DNA from: an uncultured Thermoplasmatales archaeon
Lineage (GTDB): Archaea > Thermoplasmatota > E2 > DHVEG-1
Assembly: GCA_964638155.1 (NCBI GenBank)
Contig: CAZWYI010000002.1
Location: 5,727 to 69,726 of the forward strand
Length of the DNA: 64,000 bases
Direction of reading: 5' to 3'
Made by a program: the position numbers and the translations under genes. The notes beneath the pieces were generated by a model. That model saw only the letters and a program-made list of their open reading frames with translations. It did no database searches and was not told the origin of the DNA. Of this stretch, positions 48,112 through 58,400 are shown piece by piece; positions within the stretch are counted from its first letter, which is position 1, and each line of letters starts with the position of its first letter.

Positions 48112-49320
48112 TTACTCATTATCTGCAATAGTTACTTCTAGTAACTGCTCACGGATCTTTCTTCTTGCAGAAAGTGTTCTAAGCCAGTCAGGAATACGAG
48201 TTCCTACTGGTTTTCTCATATAGCTAATACCAGCATTCATTATTTGTCTACTGAATTTTTCAACAATAGTTTCTTCTAAATGCCGGTCATATCTAAGATT
48301 ATTAAAATGAGCATCCGCATGATATTTTCTTATTACATCACGAGCATGTCGAACATATAAAACACGTAATGTGATTAATGCTTCTTTTGAAATTTCAATG
48401 TTATCTTCTTCAATTAAAACTCTTAAAAGAGTTTTTAAAATATCTCCTGTCATCTTGGTAAGACCCTTTGTGGTATTTCCTATTTTTTGATGTTTATGAT
48501 CATAAAACCCTAGATCTGTTTGACAGATACTTTTTGCTGTAACATTTCTATACATCTCTGCCATTACACCTATTTCAATTCCCCAGTCACCTGGTAGGTC
48601 TACATCTCTAGCAAGGTCACTTGTGAGTGCAAATTCTCCGGATATAGGATATCTAAAGGATCTTAAAAATCTTGTAAAATCTGTTTCATGGCCGATATTA
48701 TCTACAAAAGCGCGTAATAAAGGATTTAGAAAAAGCCTGAAAACACGGCCATACATAATCCTTTTCTCTAGGTTAACTCTTGCATAGTATCCTTTGTTAA
48801 ACTTGAAATCTAGTTCAGGTTCAATAATTGGATATAAAAGTTTTGTAGGAACCATTTCATCATAGTTTAATACATCTGCATCATGAAGTGCAAAGGCATA
48901 GTTTTTGATACTAGCAACTCCCATTGCAAGCCATACGTCTCTTCCTTTCCCTTGGTATTTTAAAAGATTAAGACCTTCTCTTTTTAAATCAATTAAAAGT
49001 TTTTCTATTTTTGGGCCGTTGCACCACATTATTAGATGAGGGATTTTTAAATCATTAAAAAAACGTTTAACTTCTTGAAAATCTTTTTCTTTGTTTGCTG
49101 CAAGAGGTATGATTACTTCATTTAGATAAGTGCATTTATTCAAATATTTTTTGATATCTATTAATGCATCGCTTTTTATTTCCCTATATAGCATAGGCAT
49201 TATAACTGCTGAAGGGCGATCAGTTACAGCATCTTCAACGTACTTTAGAAGCTTTTTTTTATCAACACATAAATCATGTAAAGTTGTTACTTCATCTTGT
49301 CTTGCATCCAAAATAATCAC
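48112..49320 (-). CDS. GT-A fold glycosyltransferase, mannosyl/glucosyl-3-phosphoglycerate synthase-like (paralog B).
   Basis: LHDADVLNYDE (DxD) and RYPISGEFALTSDLARDV, paralogous to the 419-aa neighbour; its ~400-aa size is typical of MpgS. Confidence 0.4.
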   Translation of the reverse strand: MIILDARQDEVTTLHDLCVDKKKLLKYVEDAVTDRPSAVIMPMLYREIKSDALIDIKKYLNKCTYLNEVIIPLAANKEKDFQEVKRFFNDLKIPHLIMWCNGPKIEKLLIDLKREGLNLLKYQGKGRDVWLAMGVASIKNYAFALHDADVLNYDEMVPTKLLYPIIEPELDFKFNKGYYARVNLEKRIMYGRVFRLFLNPLLRAFVDNIGHETDFTRFLRSFRYPISGEFALTSDLARDVDLPGDWGIEIGVMAEMYRNVTAKSICQTDLGFYDHKHQKIGNTTKGLTKMTGDILKTLLRVLIEEDNIEISKEALITLRVLYVRHARDVIRKYHADAHFNNLRYDRHLEETIVEKFSRQIMNAGISYMRKPVGTRIPDWLRTLSARRKIREQLLEVTIADNE

Positions 49321-49540
49321 CTCGCAGGAGTTTTATAAATAACGATGCAACTTAATTTTTCAAATGATGGTATATATTAAACTATATTTAACACATCGGA
49401 TGTATAATATTATTTCAAATATACTTAATTATTTACAAATTTTTTGGCTTTTCAAACATACCCCTATTTTTTCAAAAATATTAAAACAAAGTATCCCATA
49501 TGATTCGATGAAAGAACAAGGTTAAAATCTCTTAATAGCA

Positions 49541-49825
49541 TTGATAACTGCTTTAATTGTTACAGGAATTGGAGCTTTTTCATCATATTATACAACTTTA
49601 AAACCAATAAATGAATTGAGTGAAAATATGGAAGGAGACTTATCATCTGATACAACGATTGGCCAAATAAATATTGATTCACTACTTTATGATATTAGTG
49701 GTATTGAAGATGCGATGTATCAAAAGGCACTTATTCAAATAATAGGTTTTTTAATTGTTGTTTTTTGTTTAACAATTCTCGCTTCTTATTTGATGCTAGA
49801 AAACTTAAGAAAAAAGAGAAAATAA
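49541..49825 (+). CDS. Small hypothetical membrane protein.
   Basis: N- and C-terminal hydrophobic helices. Weak. Confidence 0.25.
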   Translation: MITALIVTGIGAFSSYYTTLKPINELSENMEGDLSSDTTIGQINIDSLLYDISGIEDAMYQKALIQIIGFLIVVFCLTILASYLMLENLRKKRK

Positions 49826-49894
49826 ACCTTTTATTTAGATATTTTCAAAAAATTTTTGAAAAAACAGAGTTAAATACCAAAAACCTATTTCACC

Positions 49895-51532
49895 TTGAGT
49901 ATGCCTGTAGTAACATTTGATTATAATGACTTTACAATGCTATTAAACAAAAAAATTCCAAAAAACGAACTAGTTAACAAACTCCCTATGATTGGTGGAG
50001 ATTTGGATAGAGTTGAAAAAGATGAAATAGGTATGGAGTTTTTTCCAGATAGACCTGATCTTTCATCTGTGGAAGGAATAGTTAGAGCTGCAAGAGCCTT
50101 TTTTGAAATAAAAACAGGTCTTACAAAATACAACGTTAAAAAATCAAATATCGAAATAAAGGTAGACTCATCAGTAAAAAAAGTAAGACCTTATGTTGTA
50201 ACTGCCATAGTTAAAAATGTTGAAATGACTGATGAACTCATTGCTTCATTGATGGATTTACAGGAAAAATTACATCTTGGTCTTGGCCGGGCAAGAAAAA
50301 AAATAGCAATAGGTGTTCATAATTACGAACCAGTTGAGCCTCCTTTTTATTATAAGGCAGTTGATCCAGATAGTGTTCAGTTTGTTCCTTTAAATAAAAT
50401 TGAATCAATGACTATGAGTGAAATTCTAAAAAAACATGAAAAAGGAATAGACTATGCTCATATTCTAAAAGGGTTTGACAAGCATCCTGTAATTTTAGAT
50501 AAAAACAATAACGTTCTATCGTATCCACCAATAATTAACGGTAGCCTTACTGAAGTTACACCTTTTACAAAAGATCTTTTTATAGATGTAACAGGTACTG
50601 ATAAAAAAGCAGTAAATTATGCTTTAAATATTGTTGTAACGTCTCTTGCCGAAAGGGGTGCAGATATATATACAACAAAAGTAGTTGATGGTAAAAAAGA
50701 ATATATCACTCCAAAGCTTAAACCTGATAAAAAAAACTTATCCATTGATTATACAAATAAAATACTTGGAACAGATTTAATGGATGATGAGATTATTAAA
50801 GCCCTTAAAAAAATGGGGTATAATGGTAAAAAAATTAATTCAAAAAAAATAGAAGTGGAAATACCTTGCTGTAGGGCTGATATTTTACATGAAATTGATT
50901 TAATAGAAGATGTGGCAATTGGATATGGATATGATAAATTCGAAAATGATATGCCAAAAGAATTAACCTTTGGAAAAAGCCTTAAAGAAACAGATTTCAA
51001 CAATAATATTAGAGATATTATGACAGGCTTAGGGTTTACTGAGGTTACCACCTTTACTATATCAAACAAAAAAGATGAATTTAAAAAACTTTGCCTAAAA
51101 GAAAAAAATATAGCTGAAATCAAAAACCCTGTTGGTGAAGAATACTCTTGCTTAAGACTTCATCTTCTTTCTTCAGTTTTAAAAATATTAAAAGAAAACA
51201 AACATCATTCTCTACCTCAGAAAATATTTGAAATAGGAAAAATAGTAGATGAAAATTTCAAAAATAAAAATAATTTATCTTTTACTAAGATTTCAGCAAA
51301 AGCAAATTTTACAGAATGTAAATCCTTAATGGATGCAATCTTTAGAGATATAGGTGTTAATTATAACATAAAAAACTTTGATCACCCTGCTTTTGTAAAA
51401 GGAAGATGTGCAATGGTTCTATATAAAGCTAAAAATATTGGATATTTTGGAGAGTTACATCCAAAGACAATAGTAAATTTTGAGATGGAACATCCAATTA
51501 TTGCAGGTGAAATAAACTTAGATTTTTTTTAA
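49895..51532 (+). CDS. pheT: Phenylalanine--tRNA ligase beta subunit (archaeal type).
   Basis: N-terminal MPVVTFDYNDFTMLL…FFPDRPDLSSVEGIVRA, and a B3/4 plus B5 domain layout; ~545 aa. Confidence 0.85.
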   Translation: MSMPVVTFDYNDFTMLLNKKIPKNELVNKLPMIGGDLDRVEKDEIGMEFFPDRPDLSSVEGIVRAARAFFEIKTGLTKYNVKKSNIEIKVDSSVKKVRPYVVTAIVKNVEMTDELIASLMDLQEKLHLGLGRARKKIAIGVHNYEPVEPPFYYKAVDPDSVQFVPLNKIESMTMSEILKKHEKGIDYAHILKGFDKHPVILDKNNNVLSYPPIINGSLTEVTPFTKDLFIDVTGTDKKAVNYALNIVVTSLAERGADIYTTKVVDGKKEYITPKLKPDKKNLSIDYTNKILGTDLMDDEIIKALKKMGYNGKKINSKKIEVEIPCCRADILHEIDLIEDVAIGYGYDKFENDMPKELTFGKSLKETDFNNNIRDIMTGLGFTEVTTFTISNKKDEFKKLCLKEKNIAEIKNPVGEEYSCLRLHLLSSVLKILKENKHHSLPQKIFEIGKIVDENFKNKNNLSFTKISAKANFTECKSLMDAIFRDIGVNYNIKNFDHPAFVKGRCAMVLYKAKNIGYFGELHPKTIVNFEMEHPIIAGEINLDFF

Positions 51533-51554
51533 AAAACTTTTTTGAGGATAAAGA

Positions 51555-52472
51555 ATGGTTAAAACTTGCTTTAAATGTAAAAAACCAGCAGTCACACTTA
51601 TCCGGTATAATGGTACACATCTATGTAAAGACCATTTTAATGAGTACTACGAAAAAAGAGTTAAAAAAGATATAAAAAAACAGGGTAAAACTTATAATAA
51701 GGCAAAAATAGCAGTTGCTTTATCTGGTGGTAAAGATAGTACTCTTGCATTGTTAATGATCCATAAGATTTTTTCTAAAAGAAAAGATATAGAGATTATC
51801 GCTATAACAGTTGATGAAGGAATAAAAGGATATAGAGATAAAAGTATAGAAGTTGCTAAAAAAAACTGTGAAAAAATAGATATCCCTCATTATGTAGCAA
51901 CTTTTAAAGAGATGATAGGAATTTCTATGGATGAACTTTCTAAAAAAAATACTGATCTTGGGTATTGTAGTTATTGTGGTGTTTTTAGAAGGTTTTGCTT
52001 GAATAAAACAGCTAAAAAACTAAATGTTGATAAACTTGTAACTGGCCACAACCTTGATGATATGGCTCAATCGATACTCATGAATTTTGTAAAAGCAGAT
52101 ATTAAAAAACTAGCTAGATTAGGTCCTCATAAAAAAATTCAAGCAGGTCTTATACCTCGGATAATTCCTCTGCGTAGAATACCTGAAAAAGAAAATGCCC
52201 TATATGCAATTCTAAATAATATTGAGTTTTATATTTCTAAATGTCCGTATTCAACTGATGCAAAAAGAGGAGATTTTAGAGATATAATAGATAATCTTGA
52301 ATATAAAGATCCTGGTACCCGTCATAGCATTATAAATAGCTATGAGGAAATAAAAGATTTATTACTTGAAAAATATCCTCCAGCTAATTTAAACAAATGT
52401 GAAATCTGCAAAGAGCCTACTTCCAAAAAAATTTGTAAAGTATGTACTTTTAAGAAAAAAGTATTAGAATAA
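51555..52472 (+). CDS. TtuA/NcsA (Ncs6/Ctu1)-family PP-loop tRNA thiolation ATPase.
   Basis: N-terminal Zn finger CFKCKK…CKDHF, PP-loop ALSGGKDS, C-terminal CxxC pairs CPYS…CEICKEP…CKVCTF. Confidence 0.7.
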   Translation: MVKTCFKCKKPAVTLIRYNGTHLCKDHFNEYYEKRVKKDIKKQGKTYNKAKIAVALSGGKDSTLALLMIHKIFSKRKDIEIIAITVDEGIKGYRDKSIEVAKKNCEKIDIPHYVATFKEMIGISMDELSKKNTDLGYCSYCGVFRRFCLNKTAKKLNVDKLVTGHNLDDMAQSILMNFVKADIKKLARLGPHKKIQAGLIPRIIPLRRIPEKENALYAILNNIEFYISKCPYSTDAKRGDFRDIIDNLEYKDPGTRHSIINSYEEIKDLLLEKYPPANLNKCEICKEPTSKKICKVCTFKKKVLE

Positions 52473-52523
52473 TTCTTTTCAGGAAAACTTTATATTTAAA
52501 ATAACATTTGAAGTTTTTGAAAG

Positions 52524-53171
52524 ATGAAACGGCTTAGAACAAAGTGTAAATCAATCGATGGACTTATTGGCGGAGGCATTGAACCTGGTATAATCACTAT
52601 GATTTATGGTGAATCAGGTGCTGGAAAAACAAATTTCTGCTTACAACTTTCAAAAGAAACTGCTCAAAATAAAAAAGTTGTATATGTTGATAGTGAAGGT
52701 GTTTCATATGAAAGATTAAGCCAAATCTGTGGCAAAGATTACAAAAAAATTGTAGAAAACATACTTTTTTTTAAACCAAATTCTTTTGAAGACCAGGAGA
52801 AAAGTATAGACGATATTAAAAAGATTAAAAACCCAGGAATAGTAATAATTGACACAATTAATTTATACTATAGAATGCAGCTTGAAGATGATAAAGAAAA
52901 ATCAATGAGATCTTTTTTAAGACAGATGGGAAAGTTACAGCTTTTAGCTAGAGAAAAAAATATACCTGTAGTTGTAGTAGAGCAGGTATATACTGATAAA
53001 AATGGTGAGATAAAACCTTTTACCCATAGAGAAACAGATCACTTGGTAAAAACAATGATACGTTTTGACAAAAAAGAGATAGGGATTAGAGATGCAACAG
53101 TTATGAAACATAGATCAGAGCCAGAGGGAAAAACAGCTACATTCAAAATTACAAAACACGGTTTGGAATAA
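52524..53171 (+). CDS. radB: DNA repair and recombination protein RadB.
   Basis: Walker A GESGAGKTNFCLQL, Walker B-like IVIIDTI, ~215 aa with no N-terminal HhH domain. Confidence 0.75.
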   Translation: MKRLRTKCKSIDGLIGGGIEPGIITMIYGESGAGKTNFCLQLSKETAQNKKVVYVDSEGVSYERLSQICGKDYKKIVENILFFKPNSFEDQEKSIDDIKKIKNPGIVIIDTINLYYRMQLEDDKEKSMRSFLRQMGKLQLLAREKNIPVVVVEQVYTDKNGEIKPFTHRETDHLVKTMIRFDKKEIGIRDATVMKHRSEPEGKTATFKITKHGLE

Positions 53172-53175
53172 AAAA

Positions 53176-54291
53176 ATGAATATACAAAATAGAAAAAATT
53201 CTAGTAGATATATTTATCCTCTTTCACCTGCTTGTAAGATGTGTGCTCGTGGCTCAAAAATGGTTTTACTTATAACTGGGCTTTGTCCATCTAATTGTTT
53301 TTACTGTCCACTTTCTAAAGAAAAACTTAACACTGATAGAATTTTTGCTGATGAATGGGAACTAGAAGACGAAGAAGATACTCAAAAAATTTTAAAAGAA
53401 GGAAATTTCATTGATGCAGAAGGAGCAGGTATCACAGGTGGAGATCCATTAATTGTATGGAGAAGAACTAAACAATATATAGAACTTTTAAAAAATTATT
53501 ATGGATCAAAATTCCATATACATCTTTATACCTCCGGTGTAAAAAACTATGAGTATATTGATGAACTTTCATCTGCTGGTCTTGATGAAATAAGATTTCA
53601 TCCAAATCCTGTGTACTGGAATAAAATGGAGAAAAGTAACGTTAAAAAATCAATAAAAAAAGCAATGAAAAATAGTTTAGATGTGGCAATTGAAATACCA
53701 GTTATTCCAAATATGAAAAATGAAATAATAGAGCTTATCAAATGGTCAGAAAAAAATAGTTTAAACTGGGTTAATCTAAATGAACTGGAGTTTTCAGAGA
53801 CAAACGCAGATGCTCTTATTTCAAAAAACTATAACGTAAAAAATGATATATCAAGTGCTGTAAAAGGAAGTGAAAAAACAGCATATGAGATACTTGATTT
53901 TTTTTCAAGAAAAGAAAGTAATATAGGCATACATTATTGTTCTTCATCTTTTAAAGATGGAGTTCAACTAAGAAATAGGATTAAAAGAAGAGCAAAAAAT
54001 ATAGCTAAAAATTTTGAAACAGTAACTGAAGATGGAACAATTCTAAAGGGTATAATTGAGCCTAAAGCGGGAATAAATCTAAAAAAGATAGCTAATAACA
54101 TAATACATACATATAATATTACAGAAAATAATATTTTTATCGATGAAGACAAAAATAGATTAGAACTATCTATAAATCTAGTAAGGAAATTAGCAGAAAA
54201 GAAGAATTTTACCAATATAATGGATTATTATATTATTGAAGAATATCCAACAGCTGATTCTTTGGAAGTTGAAAGAATACCATTAAATTAG
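53176..54291 (+). CDS. Radical SAM domain protein.
   Basis: CPSNCFYCP (Cx3Cx2C) cluster motif and a glycine-rich SAM motif GAGITGGDPL. Confidence 0.6.
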   Translation: MNIQNRKNSSRYIYPLSPACKMCARGSKMVLLITGLCPSNCFYCPLSKEKLNTDRIFADEWELEDEEDTQKILKEGNFIDAEGAGITGGDPLIVWRRTKQYIELLKNYYGSKFHIHLYTSGVKNYEYIDELSSAGLDEIRFHPNPVYWNKMEKSNVKKSIKKAMKNSLDVAIEIPVIPNMKNEIIELIKWSEKNSLNWVNLNELEFSETNADALISKNYNVKNDISSAVKGSEKTAYEILDFFSRKESNIGIHYCSSSFKDGVQLRNRIKRRAKNIAKNFETVTEDGTILKGIIEPKAGINLKKIANNIIHTYNITENNIFIDEDKNRLELSINLVRKLAEKKNFTNIMDYYIIEEYPTADSLEVERIPLN

Positions 54292-54406
54292 AAGAAAATT
54301 TGTGTTTTATTCCTGAAAAACATTTTTATATGTGACCTACATTTCCAAGCTTTACATATTCAATGATAATATGTCTATGAAAGCTTCAAAAGGAGGCTAA
54401 AAATAA

Positions 54407-54778
54407 ATGGCAATGTATGTAAGATTTCAAACACCGAAAGATGTACAGGATTTAGCCTATGATCTTGTAGAAAAAGCTCGAGATAACGGAAAAATAAGTA
54501 AAGGTGCAAATGAGGTAACAAAACAAGTAGAGCGAGGTCAAGCAAAGCTTGTTGTAATGGCTGAGGATGTATCACCTGAAGAGATACTTGCTCATATGCC
54601 TATCTTATGCGAAGAAAAAAAGATACCATATGCTTATGTTCCAAGTAAAGACGAACTCGGAAGTGCAGCAGGATTACTTGTTAGTACAACTGCTATAGCT
54701 ATTACAGATCCAGGCAAAGACAAAGCAGGTATAGAAAACATTTCAAAAAAGATTGAAAATTTAAAAAAACAGGGTTAA
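54407..54778 (+). CDS. rpl7ae: Ribosomal protein L7Ae (also a box C/D and H/ACA sRNP component).
   Basis: KGANEVTKQVERGQAKLVVMAEDVSPEEILAHMPILCEEKKIPYAYVPSKDELG; GGAGG 10 nt upstream. Confidence 0.9.
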   Translation: MAMYVRFQTPKDVQDLAYDLVEKARDNGKISKGANEVTKQVERGQAKLVVMAEDVSPEEILAHMPILCEEKKIPYAYVPSKDELGSAAGLLVSTTAIAITDPGKDKAGIENISKKIENLKKQG

Positions 54779-54781
54779 ACT

Positions 54782-54991
54782 ATGGTAGAAGGAACACCTT
54801 GTGAAGTTGTAGAGATAATTGCAAGAACTGGTATGGCCGGAGAAGCACGTCAAGTAAAAATACGTGTACTTGATGGCCGTGATAAAGGTAAAATTATCAC
54901 CAGAAACGTAATGGGCCCTATTCAACTCGGCGATATATTAATGCTTAATGAAACCCAGAGAGAAGCAAAAAGCCTAGGCGGAAGACATTAG
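54782..54991 (+). CDS. rps28e: Ribosomal protein S28e.
   Basis: PCEVVEIIARTGMAGEARQVKIRVLDGRDKGKIITRNVMGPIQLGDIL. Confidence 0.9.
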   Translation: MVEGTPCEVVEIIARTGMAGEARQVKIRVLDGRDKGKIITRNVMGPIQLGDILMLNETQREAKSLGGRH

Positions 54992-55001
54992 AGGTAAAAA
55001 A

Positions 55002-55184
55002 ATGGTTGAAAGAAGAAAATGTTCATTTTGTGGAAATGAAATAGAACCAGGAACTGGAAAGATTTATGCTAAAAAAGATGGTACAGTTCTATATTTCTGT
55101 AAAAACAAATGTCAGAAAAATATGTTAAAACTAAAACGTATTCCTCGCCGAGTACAATGGAGTAAACATTACGCTAAAAAATAA
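55002..55184 (+). CDS. rpl24e: Ribosomal protein L24e.
   Basis: CSFCGNEIEPGTGKIYAKKDGTVLYFCKNKCQKN zinc-ribbon L24e. Confidence 0.9.
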   Translation: MVERRKCSFCGNEIEPGTGKIYAKKDGTVLYFCKNKCQKNMLKLKRIPRRVQWSKHYAKK

Positions 55185-55464
55185 AAAATATTTTTTGGTT
55201 AAAAGGATGCAGGTAAAACTTTCAAAATAAGAGTTAAAAAAGCTTTTAGAATTTTAGTAAAAAATTCTAAGATAATTGTTTTACCTCTTATTAACACTAG
55301 TTTTGTAGAAATAAAACCATACCTGCATATTTATCTACATATTCTTTTGCACATGTAATTTAATATACATATTTAAATATTAATCATATATTTTTTTATA
55401 TACAGAAAGATATATATTTGTATAGTTTATTTGAGTTGAATAATATTCAGAAAAATTCCACAGC

Positions 55465-58400
55465 ATGAATAAAAAAACATGCTTTTCTCTGAATAATGAT
55501 ACTAGAAGGGATAGGTGGGTAGAATTGCAAAGTAATCTTAATAGAAACAAATATATTTATAGAAAAATTTTATGCTGTTATGTCGTAGGAATATTGATAT
55601 TTGCATCGTTTGTTGTGATGGTTCCAAATAGTAAAGCTGATAATCCTTCAGATTTTATAATAACTTTTTATGAAGATGGTGGAAGTTTCACCGAATCTTC
55701 TAAGTTTGATGTTGGTGATGTTGTTTTTGTAAACATTACGTTAGATGGTCTCTCAGGCGATCCAGTGGGATCTGAACCATATTGTTTGTTTGTCAAAAAT
55801 AATGATACCACTGAAAGTATATATTTCCCTGTTTGGGATAATGATACATCTGGCCCATGGGATGAAGAAAATCAGGATGATGATGGATCTTACTGGGGCT
55901 ATTTTAATTTAACAGATTCAGAAGACTCACATCCACCTTCAGGTCCCGGAGATGCAGCTGTATTAAATTGTTCCGCTGGTGATACTATTTATCTATATGA
56001 AGATAATGGAGTTGGACCAACAAATCCCCTCTGGGATGATGATTTAGATGTTGCTTCTACTGAAATTATAATAGATAGTGATAGTGGAAATGAACAGAAT
56101 TCTGAACCTGATATAAGCTCACCAAATCCCTCCAATAATTCTATCGATGTCTCTATAGATCTTTCTACTCTTAATGTTACAATTGAAGATCCTGAAGGCG
56201 ATTATTTTAATTGGAGTATTGAAACAAGTCCATATATTGGTGGCAGCTCATCATCAGATGATAATAATGGAACCTGCACCTGTGGTGTTGGTGGACTAAA
56301 TTATAATACAACATATTATTGGTTTGTAAATTGTACTGATTCCGGTAGTGGAAATTGGGAAAATGAAACTTTTTCTTTTACAACAATTGCAGATGATCCT
56401 GGTAGTAGTGGCAATAACTCTCCGATTGTTACAGATCCAGATCCAACTAATGAGTCAACTATTTCTGCAGATTCGTTATCTTCACTGAATATTTCAATTA
56501 GTGATCCTGAAGGGGATAGCATTGATTGGAGCATAGAAACAAGCCCATATATTGGTGATAATAGTGCAACTAACGATGTTAATGGTACAAAAACGAGTGA
56601 GATAACTGAGCAATTAACCCCTGGCTCGACGTATTATTGGTTTGTAAATTGTACTGATTCTGGCAGTGGTAATTGGACAAAGAGGAGTTACTGGTTTACA
56701 ATCTCTTCATCTCCGCCAGGTGGAGATATGTATAATGTTTCAGGTTATGTTTTAGATAGTGTGGATGAAGGACCAATACAGGGTGCTGATTTAACGATAA
56801 CTGACAACGCATCTTTTTCAAATAATGCTGTAACAGATAGTCAGGGGTATTATATGTTCCAAAATGTACCTGCTGGTGATTACGATGTAGTTGCATCAAT
56901 GTCTGGCGATCCAGGTTTCGGTCCAATCTGGCAGTCCATTACGGTGTTTGATCATGATGAAACTAACTTTAATTTTACAGTTTCCTTTGACGGTGGTGGA
57001 GATGATGGTAGTGATGATCCGGGGCCTGGTGAAGATGGTATAGAGGGTGAAGTAAATATTAGCGTGGTCGGAACCGTTTATATGGAAAGATCAATGGTTA
57101 CAATTTCTGGTGTCAATCTTACTGCATATCCAAAAAATGATGATAGTAACATTTTGAATAACACGTTTACAGATCAAAACGGACAATTTCAACTAAATTT
57201 TGTAATAAATCAGTCAATTAGTGAAAATTCCAGTGAAATCTGCTTCATGTTTTCTGCTGAAGGTTATGAAACAAACGATGATTGGCAAATGGGTCTTTAT
57301 GATCTCATGGATATGATGGAGCAAGAAGGACAAGTCATGATGGATATGGTAGAACTTGCAAAGATTTGGAATACAACTGCATTTGTAAACGGTACAATTC
57401 TTGATTTAGATACAAATAATCCTATTTCAAATGTTACAGTTGAATTAGAAGGCCCTAACTATTTTGAAAATAGAACTCAAACTGATAATAATGGAAATTT
57501 TTCAGTTGGCTCAATCACAGGGGATGAAAGTGATTTTGAATTAATGTTTGATAAAGAAGGATACTTTACAAATGCATCTGAAATTAACGATGATGGTACT
57601 ATTTCTGCAGGAGATTATATCGAGTTAGGAACTATTTATATGGAGGTAAAACCATCATCTAATGCGTTTATTGAGGGTTATCTAAAATCTGAGGGTAATC
57701 CTATAGAAGATGCAAATCTTATGTTATATGATCCAGCTCATCCATATGAATCTGAAAAAGGTTTTTTTGATATGCCGACTACAGACTCAAATGGCTATTA
57801 TAATATTTCTACCTACGCTGGAGAATTCTATCTAATAACACTTGCTAACATAGTTGGCGAGTCTAGACACGGACCTCCGCTTGGTATTGGTGGATATGTA
57901 AACCAAGTAATTGATGTGGATGTTTCAGCTAATGAAACAGTAGAACAAAATATTAATCTTACAGCTTCAAATCCTGATAATATAAACGTTAATCTAAATA
58001 TCATCAATAGTACTTTTTCATACGCAAGGATTTCAAGAACTATATCATGTAACCCAAGAATAGTTAGATTAATGACAGATGCAAACTTAGATGGGGTAAT
58101 AGATTCTGATGAGGGAGATACATTTAAAAGTTCCATCAACTCATCTTTTACTTCAAGTGGTTATTTTGATGAAGATATGCTTCTAGCAAGAATTCCATTT
58201 ACTTACTATAAACTAGATGGGACATACATTCAACCGCAACAAATCAATGTTGATATAACTGGAATAATCGGAGATGCTGATTCAAGTGATCTGATAACAG
58301 TTTATGTTAATATGTCTATGGTTCCAAGTGGCCAAGTTGACTCAAATGAGTCATTACATAGTATTAGACTTGAAGGATACTATGGTAATCCAGCATTTAA

